Positions 1 through 10,512 are shown, numbered from the stretch's first letter. The stretch: 64,000 nt of DNA from Actinomycetota bacterium (GCA_020161315.1 JAIUOH010000001.1:37620-101619), one strand, 5' to 3'. The notes: a model not told the origin generated them from the letters alone. Numbers and translations: made by a program.

Positions 1-86
1 TCGCGGGTGCGTGCCTCGACTGGCTGCTATTTCGCCCCGAGCTGAGCCTCGAGCACGTGCTCGACGAGGTGCTCACGACCTGGTGA
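1..86 (+). CDS. 3' end of a gene entering the window (possibly TetR-family C-terminus)
   Basis: Frame from position 3 reads AGACLDWLLFRPELSLEHVLDEVLTTW-stop (TGA 84-86); family is a guess. Confidence 0.4.
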   Translation, partial: AGACLDWLLFRPELSLEHVLDEVLTTW

Positions 87-313
87 GCTGAGTCCCGCAG
101 CATTGCTTCGCTCCCGGCTTACTTCATCGAAAGGGAAGCGGATGTTGCCAAACGTGATTGCAAGCAACATCTACTGCCCCATGAAGGGGACGCGATGGGC
201 GGGCCCGGGCAGAGACAGAAGTCTCGCCACGATGCGCAGAAAACGCTGGCGCGTTTTCTCTCAAGCGCAACCTGCGGCGCGCAAAGCGCTGCTTTGCTCT
301 CAGTGCCTGGGTC

Positions 314-1153
314 CTAGTCGGGGTCTGAGGGGTCGAGCGGCGCGTGGTGGTCGAGGTTCGCCTCGCCCTGCTTCCAGTACCCGTGCGCGTCGACCTGTTC
401 CTTCGGCAGGCCGAGCTCGCGGCGCAGGTGGCGGCGCAGCGGAATCAGCGAGCCTGCCTCGCCCGCCAGAAACACGAGGGTGCTCTCGGTGATCGCAAGG
501 CCCGCAAGGGTTTCGGCGATGCGGGTGTTGCGATCCTCGCCGCTAAACCAGCGAAACTCGCGTGCGCTCGCCTCGTAACCGCTTAGATACTGCGAGGTGC
601 CCGGCTCGAGCGCTGAAAACAGACCGATCACCTCGGCCTCGCCGAGCAAGTCAAGCCAGCGGGTAACCGCGGGCAGTGCCGATTCGTCGGCGATGAGGAT
701 CGCGCGCCTGATATCACTCGGGGGCACGCGCGAGCCGCGGGGCCCTCCGATAATCAAGGGATCGCCGGGCTTCGCTTGCGCTGCCCACGAAGCAGCCGGG
801 CCAGCGTGAGAACCGTCGGCGTGCAGCACGAAGTCGAGGTCGAGTTCGGGGCCGTGCTCGCCGATTGGTCTGAACGCAGCCGGGGTGTAGTCGCGGGCGA
901 TGACCTCGCCCGGGCCCGTCGGTAGTTGTGGGCGGCCGTCGACCACAACGGGCGTGACGATTTCACCGACGGTCGGGTCAGGAAAGAACGCCTTCACGTG
1001 GTCGCCGGGGGCGAGCGAAGTGAAACCCTCGAGGTCTGCGCCGCCGAGGGTGATGCGCTGCATGCGCGGTGCGATGAGCTCGGTGCGCAGCACGGTCAGG
1101 TGTCGGCGCTTTGTTTCGTGCATGACTCGTGTCCACTCGAATCGTTCGCTCAC
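314..1153 (-). CDS. Siderophore-interacting protein (ViuB/YqjH-like flavin reductase)
   Basis: RDYTP, LDLDFVLH, GPAASWA, ADESALPA and GYWK motifs; GTG start at 1153 chosen over the long ORF, which reads through a repeat. Confidence 0.9.
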   Translation of the reverse strand: MSERFEWTRVMHETKRRHLTVLRTELIAPRMQRITLGGADLEGFTSLAPGDHVKAFFPDPTVGEIVTPVVVDGRPQLPTGPGEVIARDYTPAAFRPIGEHGPELDLDFVLHADGSHAGPAASWAAQAKPGDPLIIGGPRGSRVPPSDIRRAILIADESALPAVTRWLDLLGEAEVIGLFSALEPGTSQYLSGYEASAREFRWFSGEDRNTRIAETLAGLAITESTLVFLAGEAGSLIPLRRHLRRELGLPKEQVDAHGYWKQGEANLDHHAPLDPSDPD

Positions 1154-1265
1154 TGGGGCACCGTTTCTCTCTGGGTGTTTGTGCGTCTTGCGCGGTCTCG
1201 CGTGGCTTTGCGTGCCTGCGACGGGCAACCCCTCCACTCTAGCCAAAACATCAGATGAATTGGAA

Positions 1266-1324
1266 GGGTGGGTGTGGGTGTGGGTGTGGGTGTGGGTGTG
1301 GGTGTGGGTGTGGGTGTGGGTGGG
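1266..1324 (+). repeat. (GGGTGT)8 hexamer microsatellite with flanking GGG tracts
   Basis: Eight perfect units at 1270-1317; 11 GGG runs in total. Confidence 0.95.
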
Positions 1325-1386
1325 AGTTGAGGGGCGCGGGCCAGGCTGCGGGACTCCGGTCGCGGCTGAGCCCTGTTCAAACCTCA

Positions 1387-1447
1387 CGCAAGTCGTCGCA
1401 AAGTGGGGTCTGCTTGCGTTCGACACCCCAGTTCGCGACGACTTGCG
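1387..1447. repeat. Long imperfect intergenic inverted repeat (REP-like)
   Basis: CGCAAGTCGTCGC (1387-1399) pairs with GCGACGACTTGCG (1435-1447); inner TGGGG/CCCCA extends the stem. Confidence 0.8.
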
Positions 1448-1580
1448 CATGGGGTGGGGTGTAGGCGTGGGTCGGGTGCCGCGAGAGAGGGTGTCGCGTT
1501 GGGGTCGCGCAAAGCAAAGCGGCCGGGGGATCACGAGGATCCACCCGACCGCTGATGCTCTGCGATGCGAGACGCGAGTG

Positions 1581-2783
1581 CTACTCCGAGAGCAGCGCCT
1601 GGATGCGACGGATGCCCTCGACGAGTGCCTCGTCACCCAGTGCGTAGCTGAAGCGCAGGTAGCCGCTCGGGCCAAACGCCTCACCCGGCACCGCGGCGAC
1701 CTCGGCCTGATCGAGAATCAGGTCTGCGAGTTCGAGCGAGGTGGTCGGGGTAACGCCACGAATTTCGCGACCGAGCGCTCCAGTCACGTCGACGTAGGCG
1801 TAGAAAGCGCCCTCGGGCATCGGGCAGTGGAAGCCCGGCACCTTGTTGAGCTCTTCAACGATGAGCTTGCGGCGGCGGTCGAACGCCAGGCGCATCTCCT
1901 CGACGGGCTCCTGCGGGCCGTCGAGGGCAACGGCAGCGGCGATCTGCGCGATGTTGTTGATGTTCGAGGTCATGTGCGACTGCAGGTTTGCCGCGCCCTT
2001 GACCAGGTCTGCAGGGCCGATGAGCCAGCCGATGCGCCAGCCGGTCATGGCGAAGGTCTTGGCAACACCGTTCACCAGGATGGTGTTGTTTGCCAGTTCG
2101 GGCACCGCCTCGACGATTGAGACTGCGCGCACGCCGTCGTAGGTGAGGTTCTGGTAGATCTCATCGCTCACAACGATGAGGTTGTGCGCGAGTGCCCATT
2201 CGCCGATCGCCCTGGTCTCTTCGGGTGAGTAGACCGCGCCGGTCGGGTTCGAGGGCGAGCAGAAGAGCAGCGCCTTCGTGCGATCGGTGCGTGAGGCCTC
2301 AAGCTGCTCGACCGTGACCTTGTAGCCCTGGTCTGCGCCGGCAAACACCTCGACTGCTACGCCGTCTGCCAGCTGAATCTCTTCCGAGTAGCTCGTCCAG
2401 TACGGTGCGGGCAGAATGACCTCGTCGCCCGGGTCGAGAATGGTCTGGAACGCTGAGTACACCGCGTGCTTGCCGCCGTTGGTGACGACGACCTGCGCGG
2501 GCGTGATGTCGAGGCCCGAGTCGCGCTTGGTCTTGCGCACGATGGCCTCGCGCAGCACGGGCAGGCCAACGGCCGGCGTGTAGCGGAAGTTCTTCGGGTC
2601 ATCGAGCGCCGCGCGCGCGGCGTCGACGATGTGCGCCGGGGTGGCGAAATCGGGCTCGCCAGCGGCATAGCTGATGACGGGACGGCCCTCTGCCTGCAGG
2701 GCCTTGGCCTTGGCGTCGACTTTGAGGGTTGCTGACTCGGCGATCGCGCCGATCTTCTTTGAAAGACGGGAGTTATTGCTCAC
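1581..2783 (-). CDS. PLP-dependent class I/II aminotransferase (aspartate aminotransferase-like)
   Basis: [20 protein letters not shown] and [12 protein letters not shown] (PLP lysine) motifs. Confidence 0.92.
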   Translation of the reverse strand: MSNNSRLSKKIGAIAESATLKVDAKAKALQAEGRPVISYAAGEPDFATPAHIVDAARAALDDPKNFRYTPAVGLPVLREAIVRKTKRDSGLDITPAQVVVTNGGKHAVYSAFQTILDPGDEVILPAPYWTSYSEEIQLADGVAVEVFAGADQGYKVTVEQLEASRTDRTKALLFCSPSNPTGAVYSPEETRAIGEWALAHNLIVVSDEIYQNLTYDGVRAVSIVEAVPELANNTILVNGVAKTFAMTGWRIGWLIGPADLVKGAANLQSHMTSNINNIAQIAAAVALDGPQEPVEEMRLAFDRRRKLIVEELNKVPGFHCPMPEGAFYAYVDVTGALGREIRGVTPTTSLELADLILDQAEVAAVPGEAFGPSGYLRFSYALGDEALVEGIRRIQALLSE

Positions 2784-2829
2784 CCGATAAGTCTATGCCG
2801 AGGGTCACCACCGCACGCTCATAGATCGC

Positions 2830-2873
2830 CGAAAGGGATCGCGCCTCACGGTGAAGAGGCGCGATCCCTTTCG
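2830..2873 (-). terminator. Intrinsic terminator hairpin downstream of glcB
   Basis: 18-bp perfect stem CGAAAGGGATCGCGCCTC / GAGGCGCGATCCCTTTCG. Confidence 0.8.
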
Positions 2874-2897
2874 CGAATGAATCTGGTGGCAGGCGAG

Positions 2898-5099
2898 CTA
2901 CTGCGGCGCCTTCTTCAGCTTGCGCAGCTCGTGCAGCAGCGGCTCGGTGTAGCCGTTCGGCTGCGCGGCGCCCTCGAGCACCATGCGGCTGGCAGCCTCG
3001 AACGCGATGCCTGGAGTCTCGCCGTCTGTCCCGAGCAGCTTCTCGTAGAGCGGGTCGCCCGCGTTCTGCTCGTCGACGACGGACGAGAGGCGGCGCAGTG
3101 CCTCGTCAACCTGTGCGGCACTGATCACACCGTGGGTGAGCCAGTTGGCGAGCAGCTGGGCCGAGATGCGCAGGGTCGCGCGGTCTTCCATGAGCGCCAC
3201 ATTGTGAATGTCGGGCACCTTCGAGCAGCCGACGCCCTGGTCGATCCAGCGCACGACGTAACCCAAGATCGACTGCGCTGCGTTGTCGACCTCGGTCTGC
3301 ACTACCTCGGGCGTGAGATCGCCCTCGCCCGCAAGCGGAATCTCGAGCAGCGTATCGAGGCTGTTCTCGGGCAGCGCTGGCAGCGCGCGACGGGCTTCGA
3401 ACGCGTCGAGCTGGTGGTAGTGCAGCGCGTGCAGCGTTGCAGCAGTCGGCGATGGCACCCACGCGGTCGAAGCGCCGGCACGCACGTGGCCGATCTTCTG
3501 CTCGAGCATCTCGTGCATCAGGTCGGGCATCGCCCACATGCCCTTGCCGATCTGGGCGCGGCCGTCGAGACCGCTGTCGACGCCGATCGCGACGTTGCGC
3601 TGCTCGTAGATGCCGAGCCACGGCTGCGTACGAATGCCAGCCTTCGGCAGCATCGGCCCCGCCTGCATCGAGGTGTGAATTTCGTCACCGGTGCGATCAA
3701 GAAAGCCAGTGTTAATAAACACGACGCGGTCGCGCGCGGCCTCGATGCACGCGGCGAGGTTTGCCGAGGTGCGGCGCTCCTCGTCCATGATGCCGATTTT
3801 TACGGTGTTCTCGGGCAGGTCGTAGAGTGCCTCGACGCGGGCAAACAGCTCCGCAGCAAACGCGACCTCGTCGGGGCCGTGCATCTTCGGCTTCACGATG
3901 TAGATTGAGCCGGTGCGAGAGTTGCGGCTCGCGCTTTCACTGCCGAACTGTGGCAGGTCTGCGAGCGAGCCGAGCACAGTCATGATCGCGTCGAGCACGC
4001 CCTCGGGCACCCACTCACCGTCGCGATCGAGCACGGCATCGGTGCGCATCAGGTGGCCGACGTTGCGAATAAAGAGCGAGGATCGGCCCGGCAGCACGAG
4101 GGCCTCGCCGTTTGGGGCGGTGTATTCGCGGTCGGGGTTGGCCTGGCGAGTAAACGTCTTGCCGTTCTTGGTGACGGTCTCAGCAAGGGTGCCATCCATG
4201 AGGCCGCGCCAGTTGCGGTAGCCGAGCGACTTGTCGTCAGCATCGACGGCAGCGACGGAGTCTTCGAGATCCATGATGGTGGTGAGTGCCGACTCGATCA
4301 GCAGGTCTTGCACGCCGGCGTCATCGGTCGCGCCGATCGGGGCGTTCGCGTCGATGACGATCTCGATGTGCAGGCCGTTGTGGACGAGCAGCACGGCGTG
4401 CGGCGCCTCGGCTGATCCTCGGTAGCCAGCGAAACCAGCGGGGTCAGCGAGTCGTGCGTGAGCGCCGCCGTGCAGCGATACGACGAGCTCGCCGCCCTCG
4501 ATCGAGTAGAGCGTTGCCTCGGTGTGCGAGCCTTCGCTCAGCGGGGCGACGAGATCGAGCAGCTCGCGCCCGCGCTCGATCACCTTCGCGCCGCGGGCCG
4601 CGTTGTAGCCCGTGCCCGGTGCGAGATCGCCCGACTGGTCGATTGCGTCGGTGCCGTAGAGCGCGTCGTAGAGCGAACCCCAGCGCGCGTTGACTGCGTT
4701 GAGGGCAAAGCGAGCGTTGAGCAGCGGCACGACGAGTTGGGGGCCGGCGAGGGTCGCGATCTCGGGGTCGACGCGGGTGGTGCCTGCAGTGAAGGCGGCT
4801 GGCTCCGGGCGCAGGTAGCCGATCTGCACGAGAAACGCGCGGTACTGCGCCGCGTCTGGCTTGCCCGGGTTGGCGCGGTGCCAGTCGTCGATCTCTTGCT
4901 GCAGGCGATCGCGCTCGGCGAGCAGGGCTGCGTTCTTCGGCGCGAGATCGTGCACAATCGCCGAGGCGCCAGCCCAGAACTCACCGATGTCGAGGCCGCG
5001 GTCTGCCGCGGTCTGCTCAGCGAACTCGATGATGGGCAGCGCGACTTTAAGCTCTGCTCGTGCCTCGTATTGCGATTGGTTCGCGGCTGGGTTCGACAT
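2898..5099 (-). CDS. glcB: Malate synthase G
   Basis: 733 aa; [38 protein letters not shown] and [11 protein letters not shown] motifs. Confidence 0.97.
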   Translation of the reverse strand: MSNPAANQSQYEARAELKVALPIIEFAEQTAADRGLDIGEFWAGASAIVHDLAPKNAALLAERDRLQQEIDDWHRANPGKPDAAQYRAFLVQIGYLRPEPAAFTAGTTRVDPEIATLAGPQLVVPLLNARFALNAVNARWGSLYDALYGTDAIDQSGDLAPGTGYNAARGAKVIERGRELLDLVAPLSEGSHTEATLYSIEGGELVVSLHGGAHARLADPAGFAGYRGSAEAPHAVLLVHNGLHIEIVIDANAPIGATDDAGVQDLLIESALTTIMDLEDSVAAVDADDKSLGYRNWRGLMDGTLAETVTKNGKTFTRQANPDREYTAPNGEALVLPGRSSLFIRNVGHLMRTDAVLDRDGEWVPEGVLDAIMTVLGSLADLPQFGSESASRNSRTGSIYIVKPKMHGPDEVAFAAELFARVEALYDLPENTVKIGIMDEERRTSANLAACIEAARDRVVFINTGFLDRTGDEIHTSMQAGPMLPKAGIRTQPWLGIYEQRNVAIGVDSGLDGRAQIGKGMWAMPDLMHEMLEQKIGHVRAGASTAWVPSPTAATLHALHYHQLDAFEARRALPALPENSLDTLLEIPLAGEGDLTPEVVQTEVDNAAQSILGYVVRWIDQGVGCSKVPDIHNVALMEDRATLRISAQLLANWLTHGVISAAQVDEALRRLSSVVDEQNAGDPLYEKLLGTDGETPGIAFEAASRMVLEGAAQPNGYTEPLLHELRKLKKAPQ

Positions 5100-5196
5100 T
5101 GAAGGGCTCCGATTTCTTCACGGTGTCCGGTGTCGTACCCGCGGTGCGGGCAGTGACGCCACCGGGTGACTTACTTGGCTCCGAGTGTAGTGACGC

Positions 5197-5237
5197 GTAT
5201 CATGATTCGAAATATCGATTCCGCATTATGAAATACG
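5197..5237. promoter_or_regulatory. AT-rich divergent promoter with candidate IclR operator(s)
   Basis: GTATCATGATTCGAAATATCGATTCCGCATTATGAAATAC with pseudo-palindromic TTCCGCATTATGAAA, lying between divergent glcB and iclR. Confidence 0.5.
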
Positions 5238-5243
5238 AGGATC

Positions 5244-5966
5244 ATGGCGACGACCCCAGTGCAGTCAGTTGACCGGGCGCTCGATCTGCTCGAGGCCCTC
5301 GGCGAAGCCGAGCGATCCCTCTCGCTTGCCGAAGTGGCCGGGCGTACAGGGCTAACCTCGCCCACCGCGCATCGATTGCTGCGCACGATGCAGGCGCGCG
5401 GTTACGTCGGGCAGAATGCGGCTCGAGAATACAGCCCCGGCCCCGCGCTCATTGCGCTCGGACGCAAGGCGACACCGCCGCTCGCCGCGCTCGCTCAGCC
5501 ACTGCTTGTCGAGCTTGAAGAAATCTCGCAAGAGACGGCGAACCTCGCAGTGCTCGACCAAGACCTGATTGCCTACATCGCGCAGGTGCCGTCGCGCCAC
5601 CGCATGCGCATGTTCACTGAGGTTGGCAGGCAGGTGCTGCCGCACGCGTCGGGCGTCGGCAAGGCGATTCTTTCGACGCTGCCTGAGGCGCGGGTGCGTG
5701 CAATCATTCAGCGCACCGGGTTGCCCGGTTACACGCCCTCGACCCTCACCGATGAGGCGGCGTTCTTTGCCGAACTGCGCGAGAGCCGGCGCCGCGGCTT
5801 TGCGATCGACGATGGGGAGCAAGAGGTGGGTGTGCGCTGCATCGCGGTCGCGCTACCCGGGCTTGCCGCAGCGGTGTCGATCTCAGGCCCCGCCGCTCGC
5901 GTCACTGAGGCCGAGAGTGCGCGCTACGTCGAGGCGCTGCAGGCGGCGGCCATGCGTCTGACGTAG
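5244..5966 (+). CDS. IclR-family transcriptional regulator
   Basis: VQSVDRALDLLE wHTH start; HASGVGKAIL and GFAIDDGEQEVGVRCIAV motifs; divergent from glcB. Confidence 0.93.
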   Translation: MATTPVQSVDRALDLLEALGEAERSLSLAEVAGRTGLTSPTAHRLLRTMQARGYVGQNAAREYSPGPALIALGRKATPPLAALAQPLLVELEEISQETANLAVLDQDLIAYIAQVPSRHRMRMFTEVGRQVLPHASGVGKAILSTLPEARVRAIIQRTGLPGYTPSTLTDEAAFFAELRESRRRGFAIDDGEQEVGVRCIAVALPGLAAAVSISGPAARVTEAESARYVEALQAAAMRLT

Positions 5967-5992
5967 GCAGGCTGACCTCTGGCAGTTTTCCT

Positions 5993-6070
5993 CAAACTCG
6001 GTGCCGTTTACCGAACTCGGCGCCTTTATTCCCAAATCAGGGCCGAGTTCGGTAAACGGCACCGAGTTTG
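5993..6070. repeat. Perfect 29-bp inverted repeat with 20-nt loop
   Basis: CAAACTCGGTGCCGTTTACCGAACTCGGC (5993-6021) and its exact reverse complement (6042-6070). Confidence 0.95.
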
Positions 6071-6151
6071 GTAAAAGAAGCGAGGGGTGGGGCGATCGGG
6101 CGAGGATCGAACAGCTGCGCGGCCCGCATACCCACGAGGTAGCCTTGTCGG

Positions 6152-7348
6152 GTGAGCACTCAAGCCCAGCTTCGCCCCATTCCCGTTGACGATCGCGCCT
6201 GGCTGCTGCCGGCACTCGCCGATGCACTCAAGGGAGGTGCGCCGATTCTGCCGGTGGCACCGGGGCTTAGCGACGACGAGGTGCAGAGGCTGCAGGCGGC
6301 CGAGCTGCCACGCGACACCGCGGTGCTCGTGCGCACCTCGGGCTCGAGCGGCGTGCCCAAGGCAGTCGCGCTCTCGGCGACGGCCCTTGTTGCGAGCGCA
6401 GAAGCGACGCACGAGGCTCTCGGCGGCCCCGGGCAGTGGCTCGTGACTCTGCCCGCACACCTGATCTCGGGCCTGCAGATGCTTGTGCGCAGCCAGGTCT
6501 CGGGCATCGAACCCGTGTTCTTTGATGGTCCGTTCGACCCGGCAGCCCTGCTCGAGGCCGCCGAACGCATGGAACATGAGCGCCGCTACGTCTCGCTCGT
6601 ACCCGTGCAGTTTGCCCGCCTACTCGATCTCGCAGAAGCAGACCCCGCCGCGGCCGACACCCTGCGAGGCTTCGCCGGGGTGCTTGTCGGCGGTCAGGCG
6701 ATCTCACTTGCGCTGCGTCAGCGCGCGCACGAGCTCGATGTGAACCTGCGCCGCAGCTACGGCATGACCGAAACCTCGGGGGGCTGCGTCTACGACGGCG
6801 TCGAGATCGGCGATACCCGGATGCGCATTCGCGGTGGCGAGGTGCAGTTGAGTGGCTCGACCCTTGCGACTGCCTATGCGGGTGGCAGCGGCGACGAGGT
6901 GGCAGCAAAGGCGCTTACTGACGACCGATTCATCGACGATGCGGGCACGCGCTGGTACCGCACCGGCGACGCGGGCGAGTTGCTCGGCGGCATGCTCACG
7001 GTGACGGGTCGCCTTGACCGCGTCATCATCTCTGGCGGAGTGAATGTCTCGCTCGACGAGGTTGAGCGCGTGGTGAGGGAGCTGCCTGGCTGGTCGAGCG
7101 CCGTGGCGCTCGGTGCGCCGCACCCCGAGTGGGGTGAACGCGCCTCGCTAGTCGTCGAGACCGAGGTCGGCGCGATCCCGTTCGATGAAGTAAAAGCGAC
7201 GGTGAAGCAGCAGCTTGGCGCGGCTGCGGTGCCCGAGTGGGCCACAGAGACAGCGCAGCTTCCGAGGTTGGCCGGCGGTAAGCCTGACATGCCCGCAATC
7301 GAGCGCTGGATCGCCGAACTGCGAGAGAGCTTTCGCCAGGCGCGTTAG
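6152..7348 (+). CDS. menE: O-succinylbenzoate-CoA ligase
   Basis: AMP-binding motifs TSGSSGVPK, SYGMTET, YRTGDAG, GRLDRVIISGG; lies in the men cluster. Confidence 0.88.
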   Translation: MSTQAQLRPIPVDDRAWLLPALADALKGGAPILPVAPGLSDDEVQRLQAAELPRDTAVLVRTSGSSGVPKAVALSATALVASAEATHEALGGPGQWLVTLPAHLISGLQMLVRSQVSGIEPVFFDGPFDPAALLEAAERMEHERRYVSLVPVQFARLLDLAEADPAAADTLRGFAGVLVGGQAISLALRQRAHELDVNLRRSYGMTETSGGCVYDGVEIGDTRMRIRGGEVQLSGSTLATAYAGGSGDEVAAKALTDDRFIDDAGTRWYRTGDAGELLGGMLTVTGRLDRVIISGGVNVSLDEVERVVRELPGWSSAVALGAPHPEWGERASLVVETEVGAIPFDEVKATVKQQLGAAAVPEWATETAQLPRLAGGKPDMPAIERWIAELRESFRQAR

Positions 7349-7432
7349 ACCGCCACCTCACGCTCTCCGCCTGTCGCCCTCGCCCTCATCCTCGCCCTCG
7401 TCGCCGCGCCTGCGCCTCCCTTTCCCTAAATC

Positions 7433-7484
7433 CGGGTCACAAAACACCAGTGCGACCCGGCGTTGACTAGCCACTATTGACCCG
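7433..7484. repeat. Degenerate intergenic inverted repeat next to CTCGCC-type hexamer repeats
   Basis: CGGGTCA (7433-7439) / TGACCCG (7478-7484); imperfect CTCGCC repeats at about 7371-7405. Confidence 0.5.
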
Positions 7485-7589
7485 AAGTCGATGAAGGCCG
7501 CACTACGGGCGCGATGCTTCGGGTCTGTGGGAGCGGCGCCGCACCCGGCAGCAACAGCCGACGGCTCTCACACTCAGTAGGATCGACGC

Positions 7590-8546
7590 ATGAGTGCTTC
7601 GAAGAACCCCGCGCGTTCGGGGAACCCTGCAATGCGCGCCGCTGCCGAGCGTCATCAGCACGAAGACGGGCGTACCCGCATTACCTGGGTTGACTGGATC
7701 GGTGGTGCGAGGCTTCGCACCCTGCCGCTCGCGATCGCACCTGTAGCTGCGGGCGCGGGTGTCGCAGCGCTGCAGAAGTCGTACTCTCTGACTCTCAGCC
7801 TGCTCGCGCTCGCGGTTGCGGTGCTGCTGCAGATCGGCGTGAACTACGCAAACGATTACAGTGACGGCATTCGTGGCACCGATGAGCACCGCGTCGGACC
7901 AGCCCGCCTGACGGGCTCTGGTCTTGTGAACCCGAAGGCCGTTCTCGCTACCGCGCTCACCTTCTTCGGGCTTGCGGCCGCGGCGGGCCTCGTGGCCGTC
8001 GTCATGAGCGGTCGCTGGTGGTTCTTGGCGATAGGCGTGGTGGCCATTCTTGCCGCGTGGTTCTACACCGGGGGCAAGCGCCCTTACGGCTACGCGGGGC
8101 TCGGTGAGATCGCCGTGTTCGTCTTCTTTGGGCTTGTTGCCACGGTCGGCACTGTGTGGCTGCAGAGCGAGATTATTCCGCAAGAGGCATGGATCGCTGG
8201 CGCAGGTGTGGGTCTGCTTGCGGTCGCCGTGCTGATCGCAAACAACACCCGCGATATCGCGACCGACAAGTTGGTGGGCAAGCGCACACTGTCGGTGCGA
8301 ATTGGCGACCGTGCGTCTCGTATTCTTTTTGCGGTATGTGTGTTGGTGCCGTTCGCAGCGCCCGCGATTTACCTGGCGCCTTACCCGCTGATGGTGTTCA
8401 CGCTGCTCGCATTGGTGGGGGCGATCCCTGCCGCTATCATCATGCTTTGGGCCCGCAGCGCCCGTGAGATGGTGCTCGCGCTCGCGATCACCAGCTTGAC
8501 CGCGCTTGCCTACGGCGTGCTCATGGGAGTGGCTTTCGCCTTCTAG
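7590..8546 (+). CDS. menA: 1,4-dihydroxy-2-naphthoate polyprenyltransferase
   Basis: ARLRTLP, NYANDYSDGIRGTD and NNTRDIATD..GKRTL UbiA-family motifs; multiple TM helices. Confidence 0.95.
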   Translation: MSASKNPARSGNPAMRAAAERHQHEDGRTRITWVDWIGGARLRTLPLAIAPVAAGAGVAALQKSYSLTLSLLALAVAVLLQIGVNYANDYSDGIRGTDEHRVGPARLTGSGLVNPKAVLATALTFFGLAAAAGLVAVVMSGRWWFLAIGVVAILAAWFYTGGKRPYGYAGLGEIAVFVFFGLVATVGTVWLQSEIIPQEAWIAGAGVGLLAVAVLIANNTRDIATDKLVGKRTLSVRIGDRASRILFAVCVLVPFAAPAIYLAPYPLMVFTLLALVGAIPAAIIMLWARSAREMVLALAITSLTALAYGVLMGVAFAF

Positions 8547-8653
8547 GCGATACCCAGTCTTGCTCTTGTGAGCAGGGCTCGACGGGCAGGTCATTCCACG
8601 GCCCAGGTTTGCAGGCAAGCAGCTTAGCTCAAGAACACAATCAAGGAAGATTT

Positions 8654-10024
8654 ATGATCAACGGCAATGTTTCACACTGGTGGCAGCAGGTCGGCGCACC
8701 CGAGCCGAGGCCAGCGCTGCAGGGCGATCTGCAGGTCGACGTCGCGATCGTTGGCGCGGGCTACACCGGTCTGTGGACGGCCTACTACCTGAAGCGGGCT
8801 CAACCGGACCTACGGGTTGCGGTCATCGAGAAGCGCCACGCGGGCTACGGGGCGTCTGGCCGCAACGGCGGCTGGCTCACCAATGCCATCACGGGCGGTC
8901 GTGCGCAGTACGTCAAGACCCACGGTCGAGACGCGGCCGAGCGCATGCAACGCGCGATGAACGAGACCGTCGACGAGGTGATTCGCGTCACCGAGGCCGA
9001 GGGCATCGACGCTGATATCAAGAAGGGCGGCGAGTTCAACGTTGCCTACGCCCCGGCGCAAGAGAAACGCATTCGCGAGTTTGCTGCCGCCGAGCAGACG
9101 TGGAAGTACGTTGACCTCGAACTGCTCGAAGCGCCCGAGGCGACCGCCAAGATCAACGTTACGGGCACCCGCGCCGCGGTGTGGCACCCGCACAGTGCCC
9201 GCATTCAGCCAGCGAAGCTCGCCTCGGGCCTCGCGAAGGCAGTCGAGCGGCTCGGCGTGACGATCTACGAGGGCACTACGGCGATTGAGATTGCGCCGCA
9301 CCGCGTCGTCACCGATCGAGGCACTGTCTCAGCCGACTTCGTGGTGCGCGCAACCGAGGGCTTCACCGCGGGCCTCAAGGGCCTGCGCCGCCTCTGGTTG
9401 CCAATGAACTCCTCGCTCATCGCCACTGAACCACTGTCCCAGCACGTGTGGGACGAGCTCAACTGGAGCAAGGGCGAAGTGCTCGGCGACTTCGCCCACG
9501 TCTACATGTACGCACAGCGCACCGCAGACGATCGCATCGCGATCGGCGGTCGCGGGGTGCCCTATAAGTACGGTTCGAAGACCGACACCGATGGGCAGAC
9601 TCCCGGGGTCACCGTTGACACGCTCAGCGAAATCATGCACCGCTTCTTCCCCGCAACGCGCAGCGCCGCGATCGACCACGTTTGGTCGGGTGTGCTGGGT
9701 GTGCCACGCGACTGGGCGGCAACGGTGGGTCTCGACCGTGAAACGGGCATCGCCTGGGGCGGCGGCTACGTCGGCACGGGCGTCACCTCGACCAACCTCG
9801 CTGGCCGCACCATCACCGATCTGATCCTCGGCAATGACAGCGAGATCGCCTCGCTGCCGTGGGTCAACCACCGCGTGCGCAAGTGGGAGCCAGAACCGCT
9901 GCGATGGATCGCCACCAAGGGTCTCTATACCGCCTACGGCATCGCGGATTCGGCTGAGCTCAAGGGGCGACCGACGACGTCGCCGATTGCCCATATCGCC
10001 GATGTGGTCACGGGCCGGCACTGA
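8654..10024 (+). CDS. FAD-dependent oxidoreductase (DAO/PuuB-like amine oxidase family)
   Basis: DVAIVGAGYTGLWTA and GASGRNGG motifs; AAGGAAG RBS before ATG 8654. Confidence 0.88.
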   Translation: MINGNVSHWWQQVGAPEPRPALQGDLQVDVAIVGAGYTGLWTAYYLKRAQPDLRVAVIEKRHAGYGASGRNGGWLTNAITGGRAQYVKTHGRDAAERMQRAMNETVDEVIRVTEAEGIDADIKKGGEFNVAYAPAQEKRIREFAAAEQTWKYVDLELLEAPEATAKINVTGTRAAVWHPHSARIQPAKLASGLAKAVERLGVTIYEGTTAIEIAPHRVVTDRGTVSADFVVRATEGFTAGLKGLRRLWLPMNSSLIATEPLSQHVWDELNWSKGEVLGDFAHVYMYAQRTADDRIAIGGRGVPYKYGSKTDTDGQTPGVTVDTLSEIMHRFFPATRSAAIDHVWSGVLGVPRDWAATVGLDRETGIAWGGGYVGTGVTSTNLAGRTITDLILGNDSEIASLPWVNHRVRKWEPEPLRWIATKGLYTAYGIADSAELKGRPTTSPIAHIADVVTGRH

Positions 10025-10070
10025 TCCTCGCCCAAACAATAAAGTTTCGAGCCGACCAACGGAGGTCACC

Positions 10071-10424
10071 ATGGAACACCCACCAACCGTCTTCTTGCGC
10101 GACGCAAACGAAGCCACAATTGGCGAACACGCAGCCAAGCCCACCGCGTTGACGCCGGGGCTCACCGAAGCATTGCTTGAGATCTGGGCTGATTCGAAGA
10201 TCGATACGGGCATCTGGGAGTGCACTGCTGGCGACTTTACCGCCGAGCGCAATGGTTACACCGAGATCTGCACGATTCTGTCGGGCAGCGTGACGCTCGA
10301 GGTCGAAGGGCGAGACCCGCAGCGATTTGGCCCGGGTGACGTGTTTGTGACGCCCTCTGGGTGGAAGGGCATCTGGCGCGTACACGAGACGCTGCGCAAG
10401 CACTACACGATTGTCAGCGACTGA
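10071..10424 (+). CDS. Cupin-domain protein (DUF861/cupin_3-like)
   Basis: TGIWECTAG, EICTILSG and GWKGIWRVHETLRKHY motifs; GGAGG RBS. Confidence 0.88.
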   Translation: MEHPPTVFLRDANEATIGEHAAKPTALTPGLTEALLEIWADSKIDTGIWECTAGDFTAERNGYTEICTILSGSVTLEVEGRDPQRFGPGDVFVTPSGWKGIWRVHETLRKHYTIVSD

Positions 10425-10452
10425 GTAACCGCTGTTCGGGCATCTCGACAGC

Positions 10453-10512
10453 GGTTCCTGAGCCTGTCGAAGGCTCGATGACCGACGGGACGCTGGTCGA
10501 GCTTATCGAGAC
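10453..10512. repeat. Pair of actinobacterial REP-like units
   Basis: GGTTCCTGAGCCTGTCGAAGG (10453-10473) and GCTGGTCGAGCTTATCGAGAC (10492-10512) between convergent genes. Confidence 0.65.

Noticed and set aside
900-2120. Long ORFs with (WV)n, (TH)n, (PT)n and (GC)n runs
   Set aside because: These are translations of the GGGTGT microsatellite and antisense shadows of real genes
2877-3908. 343-aa plus-strand ORF and many similar long antisense ORFs (e.g. 16754-18241, 39884-40990, 62076-63170)
   Set aside because: Shadow ORFs opposite well-supported genes, expected at high GC, with no motifs
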